DNA of 24,000 bases from an uncultured archaeon (lineage in GTDB: Archaea; Asgardarchaeota; Thorarchaeia; Thorarchaeales; Thorarchaeaceae), in assembly GCA_964558645.1 (NCBI GenBank), contig CAZLEV010000002.1, positions 41,193-65,192 on the forward strand, written 5' to 3'. Below the pieces are notes generated by a model, which did no database searches, had not been told where the DNA came from, and saw only the letters and a list, made by a program, of their open reading frames with translations. This document shows, piece after piece, positions 8,133-15,856 of this stretch (positions are counted from its first letter, which is position 1; each line of letters starts with the position of its first letter). The translations under genes were made by a program, and so were the position numbers.

Positions 8133-9695
8133 TTGAAGGTAGGCAGCTCCCACAGAAGATGCAGAGTTTGTGAGAGGAACACAGCGACTCACATGTGCGA
8201 AGACTGCGGCGAGAACTTCTGTCTGGATTGTCTTGAGAGTAAGACCACAGAGTACTATGTCTGCTCGGAGTGCCATCACACTCTAGGAACTCCAGAAGCC
8301 GGGGAGCCCTTCGAGAAGTGTCCCGAATGCGAGTGTGAAGAACTGAGCACTGGAAAAAGGATAGAGGAAATCTGTCCCCGATGTCACTCCTCTAGGATAG
8401 TCTCTATAGATGACAAGAGAAGGAACCTTGGAAAGAAGCTACGAGAGTCCATCATGACACTCCAGTACGGTCATCTCAAGCTGAGGGAGTTCAACAGCAA
8501 GCTCACTGCTTCGAAGAGACTACTGGTTTCCTTGAGGATGGCCAATTTCCTGCATTATCACTGGATTGAAGACAACATCGAGGGAATCCAAGATGAAGCA
8601 TTGGCCGTGAAGAAGAGAGTTGTCAACCAAGCAGATATGGTCGGGCGTCAGATGGCTGCCGAGACCAAGGGAATAATCGACCCCAGCACCTGGACTCCCG
8701 ATCAGTTTCCATTTATCGAGGGTGTTGCAAACCGAATTGGAGAACTGGGAGAGCATTTCAAGTCTGGTGTTGATGATGCGTTGGATGACTGCGTTGTTCG
8801 ACTAAACGAAACGACAACCCAGCTTGAGGGACTTGACTACTATCGGAAGGAATTTGCGGGGTTCTACGAACATGCCGAACTGTCTGTCAATGAGCTTCCT
8901 GTCTGCGCATTGCCCGAGATTCGAGTTACAGGTAGCGATTTCCTAAAGCATGACAAGGCAACGGGAACACTCTATATAACAAACAAGAGAATTGTGTTCA
9001 TAGCCGAGGTGGGAACATTTCGAAAGAAGATGGAAGTCCTCTTCGATTTTCCCCTTGTCTATCTCAACTCCATGGAGGAGGACGGGAGAATCAGAAAGCG
9101 TCTGGTTCTCAAGATGAAACAGGGAGACCTAAAGATATCCTGTGACGAACAGACCGAAGAGGTCCTTCCAGACTATCTCGAGATAGCAAAGAAGTTCGAC
9201 AGATACATGCAGACAGATATGCAGCGGGTAAGGCGCATTGAACAGTCGAGTTTCAACATCAGTGATGTGCGTCTCAAGATAGAGGAACTTGTGTATTCAC
9301 TCTTGTCTTCAAGCACTCGGAAACGTGCAGAAGATCTCACTATGAACGAGAGATGCCAAGACAGGTATCACTATCAGAAGCGTCCTGCAGCAGGCTATGG
9401 AACCATGAATGGGTATGGGTCTCAGCATTTCACCGACCACCTTGAAGACGTTCTCTCTCGTGCATCTCTTGGACATGGAGAGCGACGCGGAGATATTGAT
9501 CCGCAGGTACAACGGCTCAAAAGAGATGCCAGAGACTTGCAGCAAGCAGTTTCACGAACCGTAGACCTATTCAGGAATCGAAGGCTTGTCTCTGAAGATT
9601 TTGTGAGAAGATACAGGAGCCTAATGCTCGACTCCTACAGAACGCGGAAAGAAATAGATGAGGTCATGAAACAGAGATCTGATTCTCTCTGGTGA
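8133..9695 (+). CDS. Multidomain ESCRT-associated protein: N-terminal Cys-rich (B-box/treble-clef-like) zinc fingers, GRAM/GLUE-like domain, C-terminal steadiness-box-like segment
   Basis: TTG start at 8133 with GGAGG at 8121-8125. N-terminus 'CRVCERNTATHMCEDCGENFCLDCLESKTTEYYVCSECHHTL...CPECECEELSTGKRIEEICPRCHSSRI'. Middle 'HDKATGTLYITNKRIVFIAEVGTFRKKMEVLFDFPLVYLNSMEEDGRIRKRLVLKMKQGDLKISC' is GRAM/PH-like. C-terminus 'LQQAVSRTVDLFRNRRLVSEDFVRRYRSLMLDSYRTRKEIDEVMKQ' resembles the Vps23/TSG101 steadiness box. Confidence 0.75.
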   Translation: MKVGSSHRRCRVCERNTATHMCEDCGENFCLDCLESKTTEYYVCSECHHTLGTPEAGEPFEKCPECECEELSTGKRIEEICPRCHSSRIVSIDDKRRNLGKKLRESIMTLQYGHLKLREFNSKLTASKRLLVSLRMANFLHYHWIEDNIEGIQDEALAVKKRVVNQADMVGRQMAAETKGIIDPSTWTPDQFPFIEGVANRIGELGEHFKSGVDDALDDCVVRLNETTTQLEGLDYYRKEFAGFYEHAELSVNELPVCALPEIRVTGSDFLKHDKATGTLYITNKRIVFIAEVGTFRKKMEVLFDFPLVYLNSMEEDGRIRKRLVLKMKQGDLKISCDEQTEEVLPDYLEIAKKFDRYMQTDMQRVRRIEQSSFNISDVRLKIEELVYSLLSSSTRKRAEDLTMNERCQDRYHYQKRPAAGYGTMNGYGSQHFTDHLEDVLSRASLGHGERRGDIDPQVQRLKRDARDLQQAVSRTVDLFRNRRLVSEDFVRRYRSLMLDSYRTRKEIDEVMKQRSDSLW

Positions 9696-9696
9696 G

Positions 9697-10311
9697 CTAG
9701 ACACCTAGCTCTTGCTCCAGTGATTTGATCTCAGCCTCTAATTCTTCGGATTCTGTCATAGGGGCTTTCTTCGCCTGAGATGTAGCTGCGCCAGCTTCTG
9801 CATCTATCTCAGCCATGGCCGCCGCGAGCTCTTCTGAAGTGACTTCACCAATCTCAGTCGTGTCGAGGGCTTCTGTCGATATACTGGACTCTATCTCAAA
9901 CTGCTCCAACCGACGACCAATCTCATCCACATTTTCCACGACCTTCAGTGTGTCCGTGGTATCACCTAGAAGCCCCAGAATGTCAGCGACTTTCTCTAGT
10001 GCAACATTAGCCTTGGCCGTGGTCTGCGCTCGAGTGATATAGGCCAATATCTTTAGGATTTGAAGACGGGACTTGTCTACAGAGAGAGCAAACCGTCGGA
10101 ACCGGACCATCTCAGTAGCGTAGGTCTTGTACGCATCTGCCCTGCCCTCCTTCCTGGCACGCACAGCTCGAGCCCTGGTATCACGAGCTTCTTTCTCGAG
10201 TTTGTTGCGTTCTCGCGCCAGCTGTTTTGACAAAACTCGAAGCTGGCTTGAAACTTCACCGACATCTGGGCGTTTTTTGCCCCATCTGAAAGCCTTTCGA
10301 ATTGGACCCAA
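9697..10311 (-). CDS. ESCRT-III (Snf7-family) protein, Vps2/24/46-like
   Basis: Basic N-terminal helix region 'MGPIRKAFRWGKKRP'; 'LRVLSKQLARERNKLEKEARDTRARAVRARKEGRADAYKTYATEMVRFRRFALSVDKSRLQILKILAYITRAQ'; acidic C-terminal half and terminal MIM-like helix 'ESEELEAEIKSLEQELGV'. Sits beside a Vps4 gene. Confidence 0.9.
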   Translation of the reverse strand: MGPIRKAFRWGKKRPDVGEVSSQLRVLSKQLARERNKLEKEARDTRARAVRARKEGRADAYKTYATEMVRFRRFALSVDKSRLQILKILAYITRAQTTAKANVALEKVADILGLLGDTTDTLKVVENVDEIGRRLEQFEIESSISTEALDTTEIGEVTSEELAAAMAEIDAEAGAATSQAKKAPMTESEELEAEIKSLEQELGV

Positions 10312-10365
10312 GAGTTACTCCCTCGTCAATCTTATTGCCGTACATAGATGCAAGGAATGAAGACC

Positions 10366-10373
10366 GTTTAAAC
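10366..10373. promoter_or_regulatory. Candidate TATA-like palindrome GTTTAAAC in the divergent ESCRT-III/Vps4 intergenic region
   Basis: The only gap between divergent genes inside the ESCRT locus (10312-10471) contains 'gaccGTTTAAACcttcg'. This is motif inspection only. Confidence 0.3.
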
Positions 10374-10471
10374 CTTCGTAGAACGAGTGACCAGTTCGAT
10401 ATATGAGGCAGACGGTAACTGGGAAATACTGAAGTTCTTAACGGAAGACATCTAATCGCGAGTGAGGTTCA

Positions 10472-11680
10472 ATGGTGGATAGAATAGATCAGGGTCTCAA
10501 GGCACTACTTGACAAGGCAATAGACCTGGACAAGAGAGGTATGGGAAAAGAGGCTTGCCAGTATTATCTGAAGGCTAGCAAAGTGCTGATCAAACTGTCA
10601 AACTCGGCGGCATTGCCCTCTATCAGGAAACACTATCTCAAAAGAGCGCAAGAGTGTGTTGACAGGGTCCGGTATCTCTCCGGCATCAAGAAGAAGTCAG
10701 GACCTGTCCATGGACTCGAAGTACCACCCGAACCCCTTGAGAGAGAAGAGCCAGTTCCTGCTCAAGCCTCTACCGAAGAGAAGGAGATTGACGAGGATAC
10801 CGTCAGGCTGCGAGATATGATAGAAGATACAATAGTTTCGGAGCGCCCAGATGTTAGAATGTCAGAGGTCGCAGATCTCGAGGATGCAAAACAGGCAATT
10901 GATGACGCGATTCTTGCGCCCATGAAACATCCCGAGCTGTTCCGTGGAAAGGCGAGACAGCCTTGGAGAGGTATCTTGCTTTATGGTCCTGCGGGATGTG
11001 GTAAAACACTCATAGCAAAGGCCGTGGCCTCAGAGATTGACGCGACATTCTTCAATGTGTCAGCCGCCAATATAGTAAGCAAATGGCTTGGCGAATCAGA
11101 ACGATTGGTAATGACTCTCTTCGAACTGGCACGTAAGAATCCACCCGCAATAATATTCATCGACGAGCTCGATTCTATAGGAGTTTCCAGATCAGGCGAG
11201 GATGTTGGAGGTGAAAGGCGTCTGAAGACGCAGCTGCTGACCGAGTTGCAGGGGCTCGGTAGTCGCGAGGATGAGAGAATCACGGTAATCGGAGCCACAA
11301 ACCTTCCTTGGGAGCTCGACTTTGCTCTGCGGTCCAGATTTGAGAAAAGAATCCATGTGCCGTTGCCGGGTCGCGATGCTAGAAAGAAGATCTTTGCCAC
11401 TCATATGGAGGAGATAGAGATGGCCCCCAGCGTAGACTTCGCGGAGTTGGCCGATCTGACAGAGGGATACAGCGGACGGGACATCAGTGTTGTGTGTCGA
11501 GAGGCGGCAATGGAACCGATTCGAGAACTCCAAACAAGTGGACGGTTGGATGAGGATGCGGAAATATTCGACCTGAGACCTGTTGAACGTTATGACTTCT
11601 TATCAGCTATAGAAAACATCAGACCTGCAACATCGCCCGAAGATGTCAAGCGGTATATAGACTGGGCGGAGGGCTCATAG
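10472..11680 (+). CDS. vps4: Vps4-like AAA ATPase with N-terminal MIT domain
   Basis: MIT-like helices 'GLKALLDKAIDLDKRGMGKEACQYYLKASKVLIKLSN...HYLKRAQECVDRVRYLSG'; Walker A 'GPAGCGKT'; 'FFNVSAANIVSKWLGESERLV'; Walker B 'IIFIDELDSIG'; C-terminal helix 'FLSAIENIRPATSPEDVKRYIDWAEG'. Confidence 0.95.
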   Translation: MVDRIDQGLKALLDKAIDLDKRGMGKEACQYYLKASKVLIKLSNSAALPSIRKHYLKRAQECVDRVRYLSGIKKKSGPVHGLEVPPEPLEREEPVPAQASTEEKEIDEDTVRLRDMIEDTIVSERPDVRMSEVADLEDAKQAIDDAILAPMKHPELFRGKARQPWRGILLYGPAGCGKTLIAKAVASEIDATFFNVSAANIVSKWLGESERLVMTLFELARKNPPAIIFIDELDSIGVSRSGEDVGGERRLKTQLLTELQGLGSREDERITVIGATNLPWELDFALRSRFEKRIHVPLPGRDARKKIFATHMEEIEMAPSVDFAELADLTEGYSGRDISVVCREAAMEPIRELQTSGRLDEDAEIFDLRPVERYDFLSAIENIRPATSPEDVKRYIDWAEGS

Positions 11681-11683
11681 CTG

Positions 11684-12388
11684 ATGAATGTTCGTGAGAG
11701 GTCAAAAGAGAAGAAGAAGACCGTCGAGAAGAAGCGTGAGTCGGAAGAAGAGTCAGAAGAGCAAATTGTGATCAAGACTCCCACGGATCAACAAATACCC
11801 GAAGTCAGTGTCAGAGAGGCTGTGACCGTCACAGAGTCCGAAGAACAGGCTGCTGTACCGCAGGAGCCTGCAAGTGAAGTCGAGGATATCTTGCCGCAGT
11901 GGGGGCATGCTGAAGACTCGGAGTGGATGTACCAAGTTCCAGATTACGAGGAGGGTAGACAACTCTGGGCAAGAGATTGGACAGACTTCATACTCACATG
12001 GATGGAGAACCAGAAACTTCATGTCATATCGATCACGACTTTCATAACCGAGAGTCCATTTAGCGAGATTGTTGGCAAGGCGGATGCGTTTGAGATTCTT
12101 GGAGATACCCTTGTAGAAAAGAACATAGCACAATGGATTGGAGATGAGAAGCGTCAGCTTCGAGTCTACTGGCGGCCTTTGGAGGACTGGGCGGATCATG
12201 TCTACCGATGGGCACTCGAAACAGGCTTGATGCGTCTCGATGTGAAGTCGATCGTCATCCAACAGGGTAGAGAAGGTTTCGGACGCCTCCCGGAGGGCGA
12301 CCTTCGCCGTATCATGGAACTGCTTGTAGAACGCGGCTATGCAAGATGGGTGGACAAGGAGCGCGGCGCTGTTGTGCTGGTTGTATGA
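11684..12388 (+). CDS. ESCRT-II Vps25-like subunit with charged N-terminal extension
   Basis: Starts 3 nt after the vps4 stop. The C-terminal ~150 aa 'YEEGRQLWARDWTDFILTWMENQKLHVISI...SPFSEIVG...ILGDTLVEKNIAQWIGDEKRQLRVYWRPLEDWADHVYRWALETGLMRLDVKSIVIQQGREGFGRLPEGDLRRIMELLVERGYARWVDKERGAVVLVV' match the Vps25 tandem winged-helix pattern. Confidence 0.85.
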   Translation: MNVRERSKEKKKTVEKKRESEEESEEQIVIKTPTDQQIPEVSVREAVTVTESEEQAAVPQEPASEVEDILPQWGHAEDSEWMYQVPDYEEGRQLWARDWTDFILTWMENQKLHVISITTFITESPFSEIVGKADAFEILGDTLVEKNIAQWIGDEKRQLRVYWRPLEDWADHVYRWALETGLMRLDVKSIVIQQGREGFGRLPEGDLRRIMELLVERGYARWVDKERGAVVLVV

Positions 12389-12392
12389 CACG

Positions 12393-13151
12393 CTAGCGAT
12401 TATGCTTGCCGTTCGAGTCGACATCTGTCCTTGATCTTAGGCCCGGGAAGTAGTATCTTCCCCCCGTGCTAAATCGGATGTCGGCCACAGCCATGCCAGC
12501 CTCCACAAGACTGGAGAGGACAGTTCGAGCGTGATCTTCAGACCATTTCAACTTCATGATTACCTCCTCAATAGAGACAAATCCTTTGGACGCTGCGAGA
12601 TTAATCACATCAGCCTGGTCTTGCCGTAGTTCCAAAGGCCTCAATTCGACAACTTTGACGCCTCCGCTCAGTGTTCGAATCCCTGGGATGAGACCGTGCT
12701 CTGCAACTCGATTCACAGCCTCGATCACATCGTTATAGCTGACGGATTTGAGTTCGGGGGTTCGTCGTACAACGTCGACAATCAGCTCTGCCAGCCCCAT
12801 AAGACCCTTTGATGCGTTCTCAGTTGCAACGTCAAGCACCGCCAGACCAATGTAGTCATAGTATTCATCCGATGTCATCCCCTGCATGGAAGCAGCAGAC
12901 TGTTGTGGTAGAATTCGAAGCAGTCCTGCGGCTTCGGGGAAGCGGGAAACAATGCCCTCACTCTCAAAGAATCCGGTTACATCTCTACCCATCCGACGCA
13001 TTCTATCAAGATTCTCTCGGATGTCCATGACAAGAGCCTCTGATTCGCGCTCGTAGGAACGAACATCCACTGCACCCATGTCGAACATCTTCTTGAACTG
13101 ATCCAGCGTGGCTATCGACGCGTAGAGCTCAGATTCAACACGATCATCCAT
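12393..13151 (-). CDS. ESCRT-II Vps22/36-like (EAP30 family) subunit
   Basis: 'MDDRVESELYASIATLDQFKKMFDMGAVDVRSYERESEAL...' coiled region followed by EAP30-like winged helices '...VSYNDVIEAVNRVAEHGLIPGIRTLSGGVKVVELRPLELRQDQADVINLAASKGFVSIEEVIMKLKWSEDHARTVLSSLVEAGMAVAD...GGRYYFPGL'. Start revised from 13277 to the ATG at 13151. Confidence 0.83.
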   Translation of the reverse strand: MDDRVESELYASIATLDQFKKMFDMGAVDVRSYERESEALVMDIRENLDRMRRMGRDVTGFFESEGIVSRFPEAAGLLRILPQQSAASMQGMTSDEYYDYIGLAVLDVATENASKGLMGLAELIVDVVRRTPELKSVSYNDVIEAVNRVAEHGLIPGIRTLSGGVKVVELRPLELRQDQADVINLAASKGFVSIEEVIMKLKWSEDHARTVLSSLVEAGMAVADIRFSTGGRYYFPGLRSRTDVDSNGKHNR

Positions 13152-13326
13152 CTCTATTGCTACCTCGCGTTTATACGGTCGACTCTGTACTGGAGTGAGT
13201 TGGAAGCAGCCTCCTTTAAGAGGGAGTATTATTGAGCACCGACTCAAGCACACGCTTCGCGATAGCACAAAGAACATATGTGCAAAACATATCGGAAGGA
13301 CACGAAATCCTGGAGAGGTTGAAGAA

Positions 13327-13491
13327 ATGTCACTACATTGCCATGATATGAAAAAAGGACAAGTCTATGCATGCGAGACCTGTGGCCTTGAAATCAAGAT
13401 CCTCAGCGAGTGTACGGAGTGCTGCAACGACGAGGACCAGTGCGGCTGCAGTTTCACCTGTTGCGGTGATGACTTGACGCTGAAGGAATAG
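13327..13491 (+). CDS. Cysteine-rich mini-protein (desulfoferrodoxin-N/rubredoxin-like knuckle followed by a Cys cluster)
   Basis: In-frame ATG at 13327 (or 13348): 'MSLHCHDMKKGQVYACETCGLEIKILSECTECCNDEDQCGCSFTCCGDDLTLKE'. 10 Cys in 54 aa; 'GQVYACETCGLEIKIL' resembles the desulfoferrodoxin N-terminal metal site. Confidence 0.6.
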   Translation: MSLHCHDMKKGQVYACETCGLEIKILSECTECCNDEDQCGCSFTCCGDDLTLKE

Positions 13492-13616
13492 AACCGATAT
13501 CCTTCATCTGAAATAGGCCGTGGGCCAAAGCCTCGGCCATAACTTTTTTCGCTCCGACTATTGGTGTGTTCATCCCAAGTCCCAAGTTGGAGATTGTGTA
13601 CAGCAAGTGCAGCATT

Positions 13617-14312
13617 ATGGCGAAAGGTACCTCGAGTCCGCATATTGGAACGCTAAAAGAGCGCTCACTCCATGCTGGATTGAAGGAATGGTACAAAGAA
13701 CCGGGCGATTGTTTTGAGGCTGAGGTAGATGGATACGTAATTGATATCGCCCGAGAGAATCTGTTGGTAGAGATACAGACCACAGGTTTCTCAGTAATCA
13801 AAGCGAAACTCCGGGATCTTCTCACCAGACACAATGTGCGTCTCGTCTATCCAGTGATATCAGAGAAGTATATAGTGAAAGAAACGCCTGATGGATCAGA
13901 AGTGATCGAGAAACGTCTCTCACCCAAGAAGGAGAGTTTCCACGACGTCTTCTATGAGATGGTTTACCTTCCGAGACTCATCGAACATCCTCGTTTCAGT
14001 ATCGATGTCTTGCAGGTCAGGGCAGAGGAGACTCGCCGACGGGACGGACATGGTAGTTGGAGACGCAGAGGCTGGAGTATCGTTGATACTGAACTAGTGG
14101 AAGTAGTAGATAGGCAGTTGTTTGAGAGCCCATCAGATCTACTGAGGCTTATCCCACAAGACCTGACGAATCCGTTCACCAATGCTGAACTGGCAGAGCG
14201 AATCAAGCGGCCATCTGCTTTGGCAAGGAAGATGACGTATACTCTCAGGAAGATAGGAATCGTGAAGTTAGTGGGTAGACGCGGAAGAGCCCATCTCCAT
14301 TCCATCACCTAG
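13617..14312 (+). CDS. Hypothetical protein with possible PD-(D/E)XK-like nuclease core and C-terminal winged-helix region
   Basis: ATG at 13617 (ORF open from 13566). 'GDCFEAEVDGYVIDIARENLLVEIQTTGFSVIKAKLRDLLTRHNVRLVYPV' followed by 'PFTNAELAERIKRPSALARKMTYTLRKIGIVKLVGRRGRAHLHSI'. Confidence 0.6.
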   Translation: MAKGTSSPHIGTLKERSLHAGLKEWYKEPGDCFEAEVDGYVIDIARENLLVEIQTTGFSVIKAKLRDLLTRHNVRLVYPVISEKYIVKETPDGSEVIEKRLSPKKESFHDVFYEMVYLPRLIEHPRFSIDVLQVRAEETRRRDGHGSWRRRGWSIVDTELVEVVDRQLFESPSDLLRLIPQDLTNPFTNAELAERIKRPSALARKMTYTLRKIGIVKLVGRRGRAHLHSIT

Positions 14313-14408
14313 TTTCGGCAGAGGGGCCAAGACGGAAACTGAGCCGCCTTGACGATGGGTCTGATGCCGTGAGAAAGCCAATGGAGCCGCTCTTCGTTCG
14401 GCTGACCT

Positions 14409-15764
14409 CTATGGCATGAGCCGGTCCCGATCTCTCGGAAGAAGTGTTGCCTCTCGGATATTCTCAATACCCAGCAGCTGCATTGTTAGTCTCTCGAGGC
14501 CAAGGCCAAATCCTCCATGTGGAGGGGCACCGAATTTGAAGGGCTCGAGATAGAAGGTGAAATGGTCCGGATTGAACCCCTTGGCCTTGAAGCGTTCCAC
14601 AAGTAAGTCATAGAGATGTATCCGTTGACCCCCTGTTGTGATCTCCATTCCCTTGTAGGTCAAATCGAAGCTCTCAGTCATGCCCTCATCCGTCATGCTG
14701 GGCATTGTATAGGCGGGGCGTAGTTCCAGAGGATACTGTGTGATGAAGACCATGTTGGTACCGAATCTCTCCGGAAAGACTTCACCAAGAATCCTCTCAC
14801 TCTCAGGATCTAGATCGTCTTCAATGGATATCTCTTTCCCCTCATCCCGAAGGATATCGATTGCCTCCGAGTACTTGATTCGTTTGAAGGGAAGAGAGGG
14901 TACTTCCAGCTCTACCCCAAGAAGCTCCAGTTCAGTGGATGCGGTTTCAGCGGTCTTCTGGAAGGCATAGTGGAGCATCTTCTCTTCCACTTCCATGATG
15001 TCTTCTACACTGCTGATCCAGGCCATTTCCAAGTCGAATGATGTGTATTCGTTGACATGACGGCGTGTATTGTGCTTCTCTGCTCGGAAGACTGGCCCAA
15101 TCTCAAAGACCTTGCCAAAGCCAGCAAGGAGCATGAGCTGTTTGTAGAACTGTGGGCTCTGCGCCAGATAGGCAGGTCTGTCGAAGTACTTGATTTCGAA
15201 GAGGTTCGCACCACCCTCTGTAGACTCAGCCACTATCTTTGGTGTATGGATCTCCACAAATCCATCCCTCTCAAGGTATTCTCGGGAGAATCTTGCAAGA
15301 CTGTGCTGCACTCTGAACACTGCATTGACGCGAGGTTTCCGTAGGTCAAGAATCCTATAGTTCAGCCTCGTGTCAAGGTCGATGTCCACTTTGTCCTCGA
15401 CAACATCAATTGGTAGCCGCTCCGATGTATTGATCACCTTGAGCGAACTAGGAATGATCTCTATGCCAGACTCTGTGTGCTTCGTTGCAACTACTTCCCC
15501 AATAACCTCGACAGCATACTCAGAGCCAAGACTGTCAGAGACCTCGAATACCTCAGAGGTGACTTTCTTCTTAGGTATGGTGACCTGGATCAGACCGCGT
15601 TCGTCTCTGAGGATGAGAAACTTGATTCCACCCTTATCACGGAGAATATGAACCCAGCCGAAGAGAACCACCGTTTCGCCCACATTGTCGGGACTCAGTT
15701 CGATGGTGTAGTGAGTCCTTTCGGCACTAATAGGTTGCACACCTGCATCTTCATAGAACTTCAT
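14409..15764 (-). CDS. aspS: Aspartyl-tRNA synthetase (archaeal/eukaryotic type)
   Basis: OB-fold 'VVLFGWVHILRDKGGIKFLILRDERGLIQVTI', class II motif 2-like 'VFEIGPVFRAEKHNTRRHVNEYTSFDLEMAW', motif 3 'GGFGLGLERLTMQLLGIENIREATLLPRDRDRL'. Start chosen at the internal ATG at 15764. Confidence 0.95.
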   Translation of the reverse strand: MKFYEDAGVQPISAERTHYTIELSPDNVGETVVLFGWVHILRDKGGIKFLILRDERGLIQVTIPKKKVTSEVFEVSDSLGSEYAVEVIGEVVATKHTESGIEIIPSSLKVINTSERLPIDVVEDKVDIDLDTRLNYRILDLRKPRVNAVFRVQHSLARFSREYLERDGFVEIHTPKIVAESTEGGANLFEIKYFDRPAYLAQSPQFYKQLMLLAGFGKVFEIGPVFRAEKHNTRRHVNEYTSFDLEMAWISSVEDIMEVEEKMLHYAFQKTAETASTELELLGVELEVPSLPFKRIKYSEAIDILRDEGKEISIEDDLDPESERILGEVFPERFGTNMVFITQYPLELRPAYTMPSMTDEGMTESFDLTYKGMEITTGGQRIHLYDLLVERFKAKGFNPDHFTFYLEPFKFGAPPHGGFGLGLERLTMQLLGIENIREATLLPRDRDRLMP

Positions 15765-15856
15765 TACTGCACCTCGCATTGGGACTAGTCAAGTCGGGAG
15801 TTAACAGATTATGAGGCTTTTGGCTCGTCGCTCGTACCTCAGACTTGGGTTGTGGG

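Noticed and set aside
11753-12424. - strand 223-aa ORF antisense to the Vps25-like gene
   Set aside because: The + frame shows a conserved Vps25-like winged-helix pattern and is coupled to vps4; the antisense ORF has no family resemblance.
8133-13151. Ubiquitin/E1/E2/deubiquitinase genes expected next to Asgard ESCRT genes
   Set aside because: I read every sizeable ORF in the window and saw no ubiquitin-like, E2 (HPN/Cys), E1 or JAMM-motif protein. They must be elsewhere or absent.
13454-13834. - strand 126-aa ORF
   Set aside because: Overlaps the better-supported 13617..14312 + CDS; the composition looks like a reverse-complement shadow.
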